Source: Eledone cirrhosa (Eukaryota). Taken from it: DNA of 64,000 nt. The DNA is taken from NCBI GenBank assembly GCA_964016885.1, contig OZ024754.1, forward strand, positions 15,438,001-15,502,000. The letters are read 5' to 3'. Below are positions 1-14,633 of the stretch, piece by piece. The notes beneath the pieces were generated by a model, which saw only the letters and a program-made list of their open reading frames with translations, did not search any database and had not been told where the DNA came from. The position numbers and the translations under genes are program-made. How positions within the stretch are numbered: the first letter of the stretch is position 1; every line of letters begins with the position of its first letter.

Positions 1-339
1 AACTCTGTTTATCACCGAATAAATTGGTAACATTCAAATTCGTTGTCATTAAAATATTCCAAAACGATGGAAATGATAATTGTTTTCTACAAATATTTGA
101 CAATATACAGATTAAGTTGAGACTGGAGTGAAAAATCAGAGAAAACGAAACTAGTCACAAACCTTTGCAGATATTATAGAAATTATAGAAATTGATATGC
201 ATGCAGTCACACCACGTAGTATTAATTAAAATGTTATAATCATAGATAATTAACTAGATAATTATAATGCTTTAGATGTCGAAACATCAAAGATGTCAGA
301 GAATACAGTGTTTTAAATTCAATTAAACATCCCATACCT

Positions 340-745
340 TCATAAGAATGTTGGTTCTATGTTCGGAAAGATCAGACAGGTTAATGGCAGTTATAATCTG
401 GCACTTCTTCGTTTGGAAAATTATTATCCGTAAGTCGAGCACGCAAATTCTTCACTGAATTTAATGTTGACAAAAATTGTTCCGTAAAAGAAAATAGTGA
501 TACAAATTTCAATATGGCGGTCCTTACTAGTGAATGTTTTTCAGTATCACCATAGCATTTTAAATATCCCTAAATAGGTAATCCATTAAAATCAGGATAT
601 CAGAGTATCAATCGATTGTAAATGAATTAACTCGAATTGCAAGGTATTCTGGGGCTTCAAATATTCGTTATTTGAGCTCATCATTTTCTGAATCTTGAAG
701 CTTCTCTTGAAGTTAATCCAAAAGTTTGAAACACGGTGTATAATA
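340..745 (-). pseudogene. Degenerate hAT (Buster/Charlie-like) transposase C-terminal fragment
   Basis: Minus-strand translation gives LQFELIHLQSIDTLIS (ORF 592..774) and, after stops/frameshifts, EQFLSTLNSVKNLRARLTD, resembling the hAT C-terminal dimerisation region. Confidence 0.5.
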
Positions 746-747
746 TA

Positions 748-995
748 CAGGGTGTCGAAAAAGTCACTAAACAATTATATATATATATATATATATAAAA
801 TCTTTACCTGGGTCCTGTATTTTCGTTGCTCTAGTGATGCGGTCGGACTGCCGACTGCTATATCTAATTTGCTAAGCTGCCTGAACATAATGTTATACTC
901 TGGGGTCTTACCTCATCTGAGTGCTAAAGTACAAACCGAATAAGCATACACGCTAGCTTGGCCGTATACTAGAGCTTCGTCTATGCTGTACTAAA

Positions 996-1039
<44 letters not shown>

Positions 1040-1065
1040 GGTCTAGTGACTTTTGGGATACTCTG
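748..1065. mobile_element. Tc1/mariner-type MITE
   Basis: Imperfect TIRs CAGGGTGTCGAAAAAGTCACTAAACAATT (748-776) and reverse complement CAGAGTATCCCAAAAGTCACTAGACCATT (1037-1065), flanked by TA on both sides; further internal inverted match GCTCTAGT/ACTAGAGC. Confidence 0.65.
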
Positions 1066-1652
1066 TATATTCTTTTAAACTTAACACATCAAAACACAGA
1101 CACCCGATGTAATGGTGCCGCTATAACAAAGCATGTTATGGGCATTTAAAACTGGTGGAACTCAGCCCTCTCTAGGTTTCATGGCAGCGGGTTTCTTCCA
1201 GATAGAGTGAGTGGGAAGAGAAAACAAACGAGAAGAAGAAAGAGATATATTGAACTATAACTGTACTTTACTTCAAAGAGCCAGCTTTTTCTACACATTA
1301 TATCATGCAGAATTTCCCTGAGCACTATGTTAAACGTACACGTATCTGTGAAATGCTCAGCCACTTGCACGTAAATTTCACGAACTGATTATTCGGTTGT
1401 TCGAACAACTGGAACACTGGTCGTCCGAAACGACGGAGATCCCATAGGTTTTGCCCGACTTCGAATGCTGGTGCTCATACTATAGTTACTTACGTGCATT
1501 GCCAACTTATACTAACTACTCTAGTAAATCTTGTTTGTAATTAAGTGTTACAAATTCAATACAAGACAATTTTAGTAACTAGAAATTCAATTTATACTTT
1601 AACAAGTCTAATCAAAATATATATGTGTGTATATGTATGTATATATATATAT

Positions 1653-2011
1653 ATATTGTTATACTTTGGGAGGGTCATGTTGCCAATAAGAAACACACGC
1701 ACCAGTTGCTTTCACTTCAATTTATTATTATAATAAATTTATAATAAATTTATAAATTTATAAATTTCTGGTTGGTTGGTTGGTTGCTTCCACAACCAGA
1801 TAGTTGTTTATATATTGTCATAGTTCTTTCGTCACACACTCTGTGACCTCTTCAGTGACTGGGGATTCCTTTCTTTGTTTCTGTGCCTCTCCTTTGTTCT
1901 GTCCTACGCCATTTTGTTTCTTATTGGCAACATGACCCTCCCAAAGTATAACAATATCGGTTTCAACACACGATTTCAGATAAAGAATCTTGCTAAACAA
2001 ATTCAGAAACG

Positions 2012-2015
<4 letters not shown>
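1653..2015. mobile_element. (TA)n-flanked fold-back repeat, probable PLE pLTR fragment; second copy at 58605-58929
   Basis: 1653-1693 is inverted at 1916-1957; 1653-1918 is nearly identical to 58665-58929; bounded by (TA)n. Confidence 0.55.
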
Positions 2016-2045
<30 letters not shown>

Positions 2046-2162
2046 CGAAGGAAATGTGGTAAGGAACCAGGTGGACCATAACGCACCAAAGTACTCAATA
2101 CTTAGGGTAGTAGAGTGGATAATAGGAACGGGTAGGACCCCGAAGGCTGAGCTCAAGCCGTT

Positions 2163-2225
<63 letters not shown>

Positions 2226-2289
2226 GAGTGTGTGTGGGAGAACGGACTCTGACGTGCAAGAATCCCAGGCGCAAGATGCCTCGTAGTCA

Positions 2290-2520
2290 CAGAGGCGAGA
2301 ATGAAGAAAACTTTGCATCGGAGGATAATGAGAGGGACGCGTTGAAATAACCATTCTAACTAGCGGGGCTAAGGAACTAACTCCTGCGTGTGGCTACCAC
2401 CACCCCGATAGCGATGGGCAAGGAGGTAATCTGGGACCAAGAACTCCGGAAGCCTCCATCGCTATTGGTTCAACAACAATGTGGAGTATTCTAACATTCT
2501 GCCCTCCTATTGATAACAAT
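2290..2520 (-). mobile_element. Degenerate CRE-like (RLE) non-LTR retrotransposon 3' fragment
   Basis: VVEPIAMEASGVLGPR (ORF 2394..2582) then LEWLFQRV in another frame; matches VVPLAVETSGVPGPR...LEWLFQRVSL of the element at 57124-57888. Confidence 0.65.
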
Positions 2521-3623
2521 GAACAGGCAACAGTTTTTAGCTTTCGTTGATTAACCATCTGTGCTCTTTCCCCCTTTTTCACTCATTTATAACCTTTCAA
2601 AGTGCTACTTTCTTTTTCTTTACATTTTTTCTTATTTTTATGTAATCGAAAATTGAAATTTTAAAAATAAAATTTGTATAAATTTCAACAAAAAAAAAAT
2701 AGAAATTTTTTTTTTTCATCATTAAAATAATTTTTCCGGCATTGAGATCGATATCTGTTTATAAGTATCAGGCGTATATTTGAAATCTAGTTTCTTATCA
2801 TCCAAACAGTTGTTTTTTTTTTAAGTTACCTTTATTCAAATATTTATCCATCTATGTATATTAACACCAGTGTATCTGTCTATTGATCTATATCTGTTAG
2901 ACACGCAGTGACTAACAACAGAATGTTTTAAGTCTGCGTGTCTGACATATATGCGTAGCTTGTGAATAAAACATTCAAATCCCTACCAAACATGTTTTGT
3001 AATGTATCGTCTTATTGGCTAATTTCATCGTCTTATTGGATAATCAACCATCGCGAGTAATTGTTGCTCAAAAGCATCCGCCATTTTGTTTGCACGTTTA
3101 TTTATCGTTTCGCTTTCTAATCTTCCTCCTGTATTTCGTCGTTTATCAAGATATTTTTCTCGTTTTGGTAAGTTATATTGTTAATTTATATATGATTTTT
3201 TAAATTTATATTAACTATTTTTTTTCAGTTCGTTATAACATGCTTATAATATTAGTTGTATCATATTTACTTGTATATTTGGCCATATTATTGTTTGTTT
3301 TATGTTAGATTATTTTATTATTATTATGTTAGTCTAACATCATAGAAAAATAATCTATCTGTATGTAATATTTAATTTTTATTAATTCAACTATAACAAT
3401 TATTATGTAAAATATATTTATTTAATATTGATTGTTTTTTGTAGTTTATATTAAAAGTCTGAAAATATTTTTATACATCTTACAATAATATTTATAAGAT
3501 CATTTATAAAATAACAATTATTTAATCTAATTACATCACAACGATAATTTATTATTAATATATATCATATTTAACTAGAGTTATTACAAGCGTTGCCTTA
3601 AAAAAATATTAAACTAAACCTGA

Positions 3624-4045
3624 AAAATGCGCAAGCTCAAAAGAGCCACAGAATGTTATAATAAACCTTCAAAAGTGTGGGACTAGAGTTGTTGCTCAAA
3701 AATATTGTAATCATCTATCGTACACTCTGTGGCATCCTTTTATAAAAAAAGAGACTCATAACGAACTCAAGACGACACAATAATTATTTAAGTGAATTTA
3801 TAATATAGAATTCGGTTTAAGTGCATTTCGTATTAATCATTACTAAACATATAATATGAGATATTGAACATTAGCTTAAATATTGATCGTGTCGTCTTGA
3901 GTTCGTTATGAGTCTCTTTTTTTTTAAAGGATGCCACAGAGTGTACGATAGATAATGATTACAATATTTTTGAGCAACAACTCTAGTCCCACACTTTTGA
4001 AGGTTTATTATAACATTCTGTGGTTCTTTTGAGCTTGCGCATTTT
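3624..4045. repeat. ~155-bp inverted repeat
   Basis: 3624-3778 is the near-perfect reverse complement of 3889-4045; followed by a second small fold-back (4138-4225) ending at (TA)n. Confidence 0.85.
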
Positions 4046-4223
4046 CGGGTCCAGTATAGATATGCGAATGTCCTGGGCCCAATCGGGGCTAACCACAGCA
4101 AGATAGTCAATACATAGCAGAGTATAAAGATTTAATATAGAAATGGCTTCTACGGGACTAGAACTGTTTTGTTATTGATGATTTCCTTCGAATGAAACAT
4201 TTCTAGACTGTAGAAGCCATTTC

Positions 4224-4291
<68 letters not shown>

Positions 4292-4889
4292 TCATCTATT
4301 TATCTTTATGATAGACAGGGAGAGTGAGGAGAGATAAAGAGAGAATAAGAGGGTGAGAGAGAGGGAGAGGAGGAGTGACAGATAGAAATGTAATGAGAGA
4401 AGAAGCTAGAAGAGTAAGAGGGAGAGGGGGAGTAATAAGGAGAGATAAAGCAGAAATGGGCGGAAAAGATAGCGACTGAGAGGGATTGACGGGGAAAGAT
4501 AAGTGAGAGGGAGAGATAGAAAGAGTGGGATAGAGAGTGACAGAGAGAGATGAAGAGAGATGGTTAACATTTGGTCATTAATTAGACATATTGGTTTGAC
4601 ATGATTAACTTCGAAGTGTTGATAAATCATTAGTAATTTAAATATTGTCTCCATTTCTATTCTCTATATAACCTTGTGACCTGGTATGCAGTGCCAGTTG
4701 TCCATAAGGAGGAAGTGATTCATCTACTATTATCTAGATATTGGGTTATAATCCAACATTTGTGTGAATTAGTTTCGTCTTTACACAGTATAAGCACAGT
4801 CCTAATGGTTTCTTGAGTTTTAATATTCATTTTATTAAACCTAAGACACTGTTTCTTATTGCGATATCAAAAAATGTTGAATAAAGATT

Positions 4890-5686
4890 TCTAACTTAGG
4901 CACAAGGCCAGAGTCGTTAGAGCGTCAGATAGAATGCTTTGTGGTATTCGTTCCGGCTGTCTGAGTTCAAATCCCGCCGAGGTCAACTTTGCCTTTCATC
5001 CTTTCGAGGTCGATAAAAAAAAAGTACCCGTCTAGTACTGGGGTAGATTCTTTCTCATTTGCTCTCTCTATCTTTCTCTGCAAGAAATCTGCTGTACTCA
5101 GGCCTGGAGAGGGATAGGCTCCGCCAGGTTTAAAATGCCCAAGAAACGCCGTATGTCAACACGGCGTCCCTACGACTCTATCAGGAGTTACGGGACCATT
5201 CTTACAGAATACAAGGCCAGCAATTTGTGGGAAGGTGAGGGGAAGTCGGTTATATAAATCCCAGTACTTTACTACTTTATTTTATTGACTCCATGAAAAT
5301 GAAAGGCAACTCCATGAAAATGAAGTTGACCTCGTTAGCATTTTGAACTCAGAACGTAAAGGGCCGTAATTAAATGCCGCCAAGCATTTTTCCGACGCTT
5401 TAACGACTCTACCAATTTTTTTCATCCGGAACTATGAGTTTATGTGTGTGTGTGCGTGTACGTGTGCGCGTGTGTATGTGCGCGTGTGTATGTGCGTGTG
5501 TGTGTGTGCGTGTGTACATTCTAATTTAAAATACCTCGAACATGCCAAGAGAATATTGTGAATTCGTTTTCCAATAGAAATCAGCCTATGAAGAAGTTTG
5601 ACAAAATCTTTCGAGCAATGGAGAAAAAGAAGAGATATCTTAATAATTTGCAAATTGTTTGCCCTCTACAATGGTTTTTTTTTTTT

Positions 5687-5717
<31 letters not shown>

Positions 5718-6430
5718 GGGGGTTTACAATATAATGGCAATGTTTTTGAAATCGGTTTTCCGAAAAGCGTAATCGTTTGAAATCGGGTTTCCAAAATGCG
5801 TGATCGTTTTTATCAATCCAGTCAGGTTGTTGGCAATAAAGTGATCCTAGATTTTTTCCTGCAGTATCATATACCACTGATTTAATTATCTCTTCTTCAA
5901 CTGTGATTCCATAAACTGGTTGATAACAAATACTCTTTTTTTTTTCAGAGCGGTGCTTTAATTATTGCTAATATTAGAATATGAAAATGTTTAACATTTT
6001 ATTTTTCCTTCTAACGTTATATTTGGGTTTGTGTGGGCGTTTTATTTTCACTTTTCCGATTTCGTTAGAATAATTCTGTGATCTGTTAAACAGTAATTAA
6101 GAAATCGTATTGTAAAGAGTTCCACATCTGAAATATCTCGTCTCAAAATGAGAACGAATTAATTTGATATCACTCCTTTGCACAAGGATGCATCAACGTT
6201 GTTTTGTCTTATCGGTTTGTTTGTTTCTTATTTTCTTTACGAAAAATGACGTTAGTTTATTGTAGTTCTTTCTAACATCAGCACAGAGTCAGCAATCAGG
6301 GGCGGGGTCGATTTTATTGACCTCCAGTACTTAACTGGTACTTTATTTTATTGACCCCGAAGGATTGAAAGCAAAGTTGACCTCGGCGGAATTTGAACAC
6401 AGAACGTAAAATGTTTCAACTAAATGCCGA
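4890..6430. mobile_element. Three partial copies of the abundant SINE (4890-5045 +, 5212-5415 -, 6295-6430 -)
   Basis: Core TCTGAGTTCAAATCCCGCCGAGGTCAACTTTGCCTTTCATCC...GTCGATAAAA..AAGTACC shared with more than 10 copies in the window. Confidence 0.7.
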
Positions 6431-6826
6431 ACAATACTCCAAAATTAACAGTCTGCATTCGTTGTATCCATTTATTTCCGATATCTGGTCATAATTTATG
6501 ATGTCTTCCAGCGCCAACATTAAATTCCTTAAGTAGAAAGATGTTATCATCGGGATTGATAAACCGATTTTATCATCAGGATTATGTTTTCTCTGTCATT
6601 CACAAACTCTGGTGGCAGTAAAAACTATTGTTTGAGAGAAGAATTAGATGAGCAAAAGAGTTTGGAAAAATATTGAATTTCTTTACTACAATTGGTTGTT
6701 TTGTTTTTTTATGGCGAAGACAACTCCATGTATACGAGCTTAAACAGATGGTTTTTGTTAAAGAAAAAAGAATCTAACCGTTATTCGCAATTTAATTGTC
6801 AACACCTGCTGTTTGGGATTCACTTA

Positions 6827-9800
6827 GTACCGCAAGGGTTTGTTATGGCGTTTTGTAATCGGTGTATCGCAAGGGTTTGTTATGGCGTTTTGTAATGGGT
6901 GTACCGCAAGGGTTTGCTATGGCGTTTCGTAATGGGTGTATCGCAAGGGTTTGTTATGGCGTTTTGTAATCGGTGTATCGCAAGGGTTTGTTATGGCGTT
7001 TTGTAATGGTTGTACCGCAAAGGTTTGTTATGGCGTTTTGTAATCGGTGTATCGCAAGGGTTTGTTATGGCGTTTTGTAATGGGTGTACCGCAAGGGTTT
7101 GTTATGGCGTTTTGTAATGGGTGTACCGCAAGGGTTTGTTATGGTGTTTTGTAATGGGTGTATCGCAAGGGTTTGTTATGGCGTTTTGTAATGGGTGTAC
7201 CGCAAGGGTTTGTTATGGCGTTTTGTAATCGGTGTATCGCAAGGATTTGTTATGGCGTTTTGTAATGGTTGTACCGCAAGGGTTTGTTATGGCGTTTTGT
7301 AATCGGTGTATCGCAAGGGTTTGTTATGGCGTTTTGTAATGGTTGTACCGCAAGGGTTTGTTATGGCGTTTTGTAATCGGTGTATCGCAAGGGTTTGTTA
7401 TGGCGTTTTGTAATGGGTGTACCGCAAGGGTTTGTTATGGCGTTTTGTAATCGGTGTATCGCAAGGATTTATTATGGCGTTTTGTAATGGGTGTACCGCA
7501 AGGGTTTGTTATGGCGTTTTGTAATGGGTGTACCGCAAGGGTTTGTTATGGCGTTTTGTAATCGGTGTATCGCAGGGATTTGTTAAGGCGTTTTGTAATG
7601 GGTGTACCGCAAGGGTTTGTTATGGTGTTTTGTAATGGGTGTATCACAAGGGTTTGTTGTGGCGTTTTGTAATCGGTGTATCGCAAGGGTTTGTTATGGC
7701 GTTTTGTAATGGTTGTACCGCAAGGGTTTGTTATGGCGTTTTGTAATCGGTGTATCGCAAGGGTTTGTTATGGCGTTTTGTAATGGGTGTACCGCAAGGG
7801 TTTGTTATGGCGTTTTGTAATCGGTGTATCGCAAGGATTTGTTATGGCGTTTTGTAATGGTTGTACCGCAAGGGTTTGTTATGGCGTTTTGTAATCGGTG
7901 TATCGCAAGGGTTTGTTATGGCGTTTTGTAATGGTTGTACCGCAAGGGTTTGTTATGGCGTTTTGTAATCGGTGTATCGCAAGGGTTTGTTATGGCGTTT
8001 TGTAATGGGTGTACCGCAAGGGTTTGTTATGGCGTTTTGTAATCGGTGTATCGCAAGGGTTTATTATGGCGTTTTGTAATCGGTGTACCGCAAGGGTTTG
8101 TTATGGCGTTTTGTAATGGGTGTACTGCAAGGGTTTGTTATGGCGTTTTGTAATCGGTGTATCGCAGGGATTTGTTATGGCGTTTTATAATGGGTGTACC
8201 GCAAGGGTTTGTTATGGTGTTTTGTAATGGGTGTATCACAAGGGTTTGTTATGGCGTTTTGTAATGGCTGTATCGCAAGGGTTTGTTATGGCGTTTTGTA
8301 ATCGGTGTATCGCAAGGGTTTGTTATGGCGTTTTGTAATGGTTGTACCGCAAGGGTTTGTTATGGCGTTTTGTAATGGGTGTATCGCAAGGGTTTGTTAT
8401 GGCGTTTTGTAATGGGTGTACCGCAAGTGTTTGTTATGGCGTTTTGTAATGGGTGTATCGCAAGGGTTTGTTATGGCGTTTTGTAATGGGTGTACCGCAA
8501 GGGTTTGTTATGGCGTTTTGTAATCGGTGTATCGCAAGGGTTTGTTATGGCGTTTTGTAATCGGTGTACCGCAAGGGTTTGTTATGGCGTTTTGTAATGG
8601 GTGTATCACAAGGGTTTGTTATGGCGTTTTGTAATGGTTGTACCGCAAGGGTTTGTTATGGCGTTTTGTAATCGGTGTATCGCAATAATTTGTTATGGCG
8701 TTTTGTAATGGGTGTACCGCAAGGGTTTGTTATGGCGTTTTGTAATGGTTGTACCGCAAGGGTTTGTTATGGCGTTTTGTAATGGGTGAATCGCAAGGGT
8801 TTGTTATGGCGTTTTGTAATGGTTGTACCGCAAGGATTTGTTATGGCGTTTTGTAATCGGTGTATCGCAAGGGTTTGTTATGGCGTTTTGTAATCGGTGT
8901 ATCGCAAGGGTTTGTTATGGCGTTTTGTAATCGGTGTATCGCAAGGGTTTGTTATGGCGTTTTGTAATGGGTGTATCGCAAGGGTTTATTATGGCGTTTT
9001 GTAATCGGTGTCTCGCAGGAATTTGTTATGGCGTTTTGTAATGGGTGTACCGCAAAGGTTTGTTACGGCGTTTTGTAATGGGTGTATCGCAAGGGTTTGT
9101 TATGGCGTTTTGTAATGGGTGTATCAAAAGGGTTTGTTATGGCGTTTTGTAATGGGTATATCGCAAGGATTTGTTATGGCGTTTTGTAATGGGTGTATCG
9201 CAAGGGTTTGTTATGGCGTTTTGTAATGGGTGTACCGCAAGGGTTTGTTATGGCGTTTTGTAATGGGTATATCGCAAGGATTTGTTATGGCGTTTTGTAA
9301 TGGGTGTATCGCAAAGGTTTGTTATGGCGTTTTGTAATCGGTGTATTGCAAGGGTTTGTTATGGCGTTTTGTAATGGTTGTACCGCAAGGGTTTGTTACG
9401 GCGTTTTGTAATGGGTGTACCGCAAGGGTTTGTTATGGCGTTTTGTAATGGGTGTATCGCAAGGGTTTTTTATGGCGTTTTGTAATTGTTGTATCGCAAG
9501 GGGTTGTTATGGCGTTTTGTAATCGGTGTATCGCAAGGGTTTGTTATGTTGTTTTGTAATGGGTGTACCTCAAGGGTTTGTTATGGCGTTTTGTAATCGG
9601 TGTACCGCAAGGGTTTGTTATGGCGTTTTGTAATCGGTGTATCGCAAGGGTTTGTTATGGCGTTTTGTAATCGGTGTACCGCAAGGGTTTGTTATGGCGT
9701 TTTGTAATGGTTGTACCGCAAGAGTTTGTTACGGCGTTTTGTAATGGGTGTACCGCAAGGGTTTGTTATGGCGTTTTGTAATGGGTGTATCGCAAGGGTT

Positions 9801-11711
9801 TGTTATGGCGTTTTGTAATGGTTGTATCGCAAGGGGTAGTTATGGCGTTTTGTAATCGGTGTATCACAAGGGTTTGTTATGGCGTTTTGTAATGGGTGTA
9901 CCGCAAGGGTTTGTTATGGCGTTTTGTAATGGGTGTACCGCAAGGGTTTGTTATGGCGTTTTGTAATCGGTGTATCGCAAGGGTTTGTTATGGCGTTTTG
10001 TAATCGGTGTACCGCAAGGGTTTGTTATGGCGTTTTGTAATGGGTGTATCACAAGGGTTTGTTATGGCGTTTTGTAATGGGTGTACCGCAAGGGTTTGTT
10101 ATGGTGTTTTGTAATGGGTGTATCACAAGGGTTTGTTATGGCGTTTTGTAATGGTTGTACCGCAAGGGTTTGTTATGGCGTTTTGTAATCGGTGTATCGC
10201 AAGGGTTTGTTATGTCGTTTTGTAATGGGTGTACCGCTAGGATTTGTTATGGCGTTTTGTAATCGGTGTATCGCAAGGGTTTGTTATGGCGTTTTGTAAT
10301 CGGTGTATTGCAAGGATTTCTTATGGCGTTTTGTAATGGTTGTAGCGCAAGGGTTTGTTACGGCGTTTTGTAATGGGTGTACCGCAAGGGTTTGTTATGG
10401 CGTTTTGTAATGGGTGTATCGCAAGGGTTTGTTATGGCGTTTTGTAATCGGTTTATCGCAAGGGTTTGTTATGGCGTTTTGTAATCGGTGTACCGCAAAG
10501 GTTGTTATGGCGTTTTGTAATCGGTTTATCGCAAGGGTTTGTTATGGCGTTTTGTAATCGGTGTACCGCAAGGGTTTGTAATGGCGTTTTGTAATGGGTC
10601 TATCACAAGGGTTTTTTATGGCGTTTTGTAATGGGTATACCGCAAGGGTTTGTTATGGCGTTTTGTAATGGGTGTATCGCAAGGGTTTGTTATGGCGTTT
10701 TGTAATCGGTGTACCGCAAGGGTTTGTTATGGCGTTTTGTAATGGGTGTATCACAAGGGTTTGTTATGGCGTTTTGTAATGGGTGTACCGCAAGGGTTTG
10801 TTATGGTGTTTTGTAATGGGTGTATCACAAGGGTTTGTTATGGCGTTTTGTAATGGTTGTACCGCAAGGGTTTGTTATGGCGTTTTGTAATCGGTGTATC
10901 GCAAGGGTTTGTTATGGCGTTTTGTAATGGGTGTACCGCTAGGATTTGTTATGGCGTTTTGTAATCGGTGTATCGCAAGGGTTTGTTATGGCGTTTTGTA
11001 ATCGGTGTATTGCAAGGGTTTCTTATGGCGTTTTGTAATGGTTGTAGCGCAAGGTTTTGTTACGGCGTTTTGTAATGGGTGTACCGCAAGGGTTTGTTAT
11101 GGCGTTTTGTAATGGGTGTATCGCAAGGGTTTGTTATGGTGTTTTGTAATGGTTGTATCGCAAGGGGTTGTTATGACGTTTTGTAATCGGTGTACCGCAA
11201 GGGTTTGTTATGGCGTTTTGTAATGGGTGTACCGCAAGGGTTTGTTATGGCGTTTTGTAATCGGTTTATCGCAAGGGTTTGTTATGGCGTTTTGTAATCG
11301 GTGTACCGCAAAGGTTGTTATGGCGTTTTGTAATCGGTTTATCGCAAGGGTTTGTTATGGCGTTTTGTAATCGGTGTACCGCAAGGGTTTGTAATGGCGT
11401 TTTGTAATGGGTCTATCACAAGGGTTTTTTATGGCGTTTTGTAATGGGTATACCGCAAGGGTTTGTTATGGCGTTTTGTAATGGGTGTATCGCAAGGGTT
11501 TGTTATGGCGTTTTGTAATGGGTGTATCGCAAGGGTTTGTTACGGCGTTTTGTAATGGGTGTACCGCAAGGGTTTGTTATGGCGTTTTGTAATGGGTGTA
11601 TCGCAAGGGTTTGTTATGGCGTTTTGTAATGGTTGTATCGCAAGGGTTTGTTATGGCGTTTTGTAATGGGTGTATCGCAAGGGTTTGTTATGGCGTTTTG
11701 TAATGGGTGTA
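6827..11711. repeat. 37-bp satellite, ~132 copies
   Basis: Unit GTA(C/T)CGCAAGGGTTTGTTATGGCGTTTTGTAAT(C/G)G(G/T)T; period measured from 6827 to 6864; head-to-tail without spacers. Confidence 0.97.
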
Positions 11712-12373
11712 GCTGCTGAGCGTGGAATCCGAGTCAGATGACGTTGAGACATGCGATGTTTACGGAACATTTGCTGAGAATAGCACTGTTCTTAAGTAGA
11801 CCTACTCGGACACGGGTGCAGCATTCACCGGAAATGTGTATAGAACGTGCCAGAGGTTTCTGGACTACACTCAATCCAACAGCTGTCATCTATTCTTCAT
11901 CGTCATTGGACTTGAGAGCAATGAAACACGAAATGGAACAAGAGAAAGAAAAGGAGTGAGGAAATAAATAAATATTGGATTTTAATCGATTACAGTGATC
12001 AAATCCACACCATGCTCCTTCCAGCAACTTAGTCTCGTGGCACACACACACACACACACATCTATAGATAAATTTCTGCGATTCTGTCACAACACGTAAA
12101 GAGAGATTAGTTTGACTACCTCATACTACTCCTCTCTCTTGACGTCTGTTGCCTGTGTGAATGTGTGTGTGTGTTAAAGGAAGGAAAGTTTTGTAAGTGT
12201 GTGATTGCGCGTTTATATTTATATACTCATACCTATAAATGTATGCATATGCACATACACGCATGCACACATATATACACATACACGCCAGCGTATGGAA
12301 ACCATTCTAGTCATTAAAAAGACAGAATGGTCACGGCAATGATGTTTTTTTCTGCAAGAATACTTGTATATAC

Positions 12374-13235
<862 letters not shown>

Positions 13236-13249
13236 TACACACACACATG

Positions 13250-13910
13250 TGTACGGTCAACTCAGACAACTCCACCTGGCATTACATTGGATCCACCGCG
13301 GGTACTTTTAAAAAAAGATGGTATGTGCACAGGCACTCGATGAAAAATCGTGCACTTATGGGTTCTACAACCCTCGCCAAAAAAATATGGGAACTGAAGG
13401 ACAACAACACTAGCTACAGTATCAACTGGTCGAGGTTGTCGGCTGCTAAAACCTACAGTAGAGGTATGTCCCACTGTAGGCTATGTGATCTAGAACTACT
13501 GTATATACTTAAAAATGTAAAAAGGCTACTCAACAACAAGTTAGAAAGATCTATCTTCTGCAGACACAGAATTGCCACTAAATTCATAAGATTTAAACCT
13601 CTATGAATCGAACCGACGTAACATAGCTTTCAACTAGGATACCCACTACTCTGCACGAATCACCACAGAAATATAATCATTAAGTACATTCTAGCCTTCT
13701 TAGTTCTATACCACACTAATGTCTGTAAGTACCTCATCAACCCATAAACTTATCTCTTCTCAGCTGCTGTCATCAATTGATCCTAAATCCAAGAACATTT
13801 CAAAATACTACTACAACGGAACTTTACCTTCCTCTTGTTATAATTATAGTCAGCATGTTTTCTCTTTGTATGTATGTATTTGTATGAGTGTGTGTGTGTA
13901 TGTATGTATA

Positions 13911-13954
<44 letters not shown>

Positions 13955-14600
13955 TATATATATATATATATTACCTCCTTAACCTCTGTACTAACTTGCC
14001 CATTATTTAGCTTTGTTAGTGTTGTCTTATACAAGTATGTTATTGAGGATGGAAAAAATAGACAGCACTCTCATCTAATATAGTCCACACAAATTCCACT
14101 ACAGTGATAAATACTTCATCGGTCAGATAAAAACCGACCATTACGGCCACCTGACCTACATTGTTTAAAAACACCAGCTTATCTTTACACTTGATATAAT
14201 ACATCCTACGACAGTCTTTACATGTCAATTTTATACATCTGCCTCATGTCAGCTAGTTTTACACACTAAAATCATAGATATACTATACTTCCCACCTAGA
14301 TTGATATTGTGATTATTTCAAATAATTTATTGCTTGCATTGTTGATATTGTTGTTATTGTTCTAACTGAATGCCATTACTACTACATATAGTAGCCTGTA
14401 TATTCTTTTCATGCCTGTATATTCTCTTCATTCTCGCAAGCTCCGATGAACTGACTGGTTATAATTTTGTATTGGCGATCGAGTAACGCGAAAATAAGCG
14501 GATAGCGATCTCTAGACCTACCAGTTCAGAGAAACAATTGTCAGCAATGAGATTAAAAACCTTTTTTGTATAGCAAACCGTGTCACTCTTCTTTCCTGAT
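13250..14600 (+). mobile_element. 5'-truncated Penelope-like element: GIY-YIG C-terminus plus pLTR with hammerhead
   Basis: ORF 13013..13606 after the (TA)n part: [17 protein letters not shown]...[11 protein letters not shown]...CRLCDLE...LNNKLE...CRH; hammerhead motif at 14440; bounded by (TA)n at both ends. Confidence 0.85.
14440..14545 (+). ncRNA. Variant type I hammerhead ribozyme (CCGAUGA core, long stem II)
   Basis: GCT-CCGATGA-a-CTGACTGG...CCAGTTCAG-a-GAAA-CAATTG-TC-AGC; stem I GCT/AGC; palindromic stem III ACAATTGT; GUC cleavage triplet. Confidence 0.65.
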
Positions 14601-14601
14601 T

Positions 14602-14633
<32 letters not shown>

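Noticed and set aside
4175-4205. Hammerhead TTGATGA..GAAA
   Set aside because: U3 with G8, and no convincing stems I and III; at most a decayed relic.
5520-6280. Host exon or Sola-like transposase relic (ORF 5581..5877)
   Set aside because: No recognisable motif or consistent splice structure; stops and microsatellite insertions.
6827-11711. CRISPR array (37-bp repeats)
   Set aside because: Units are head-to-tail with no unique spacers, there are no cas genes, and the context is eukaryotic.
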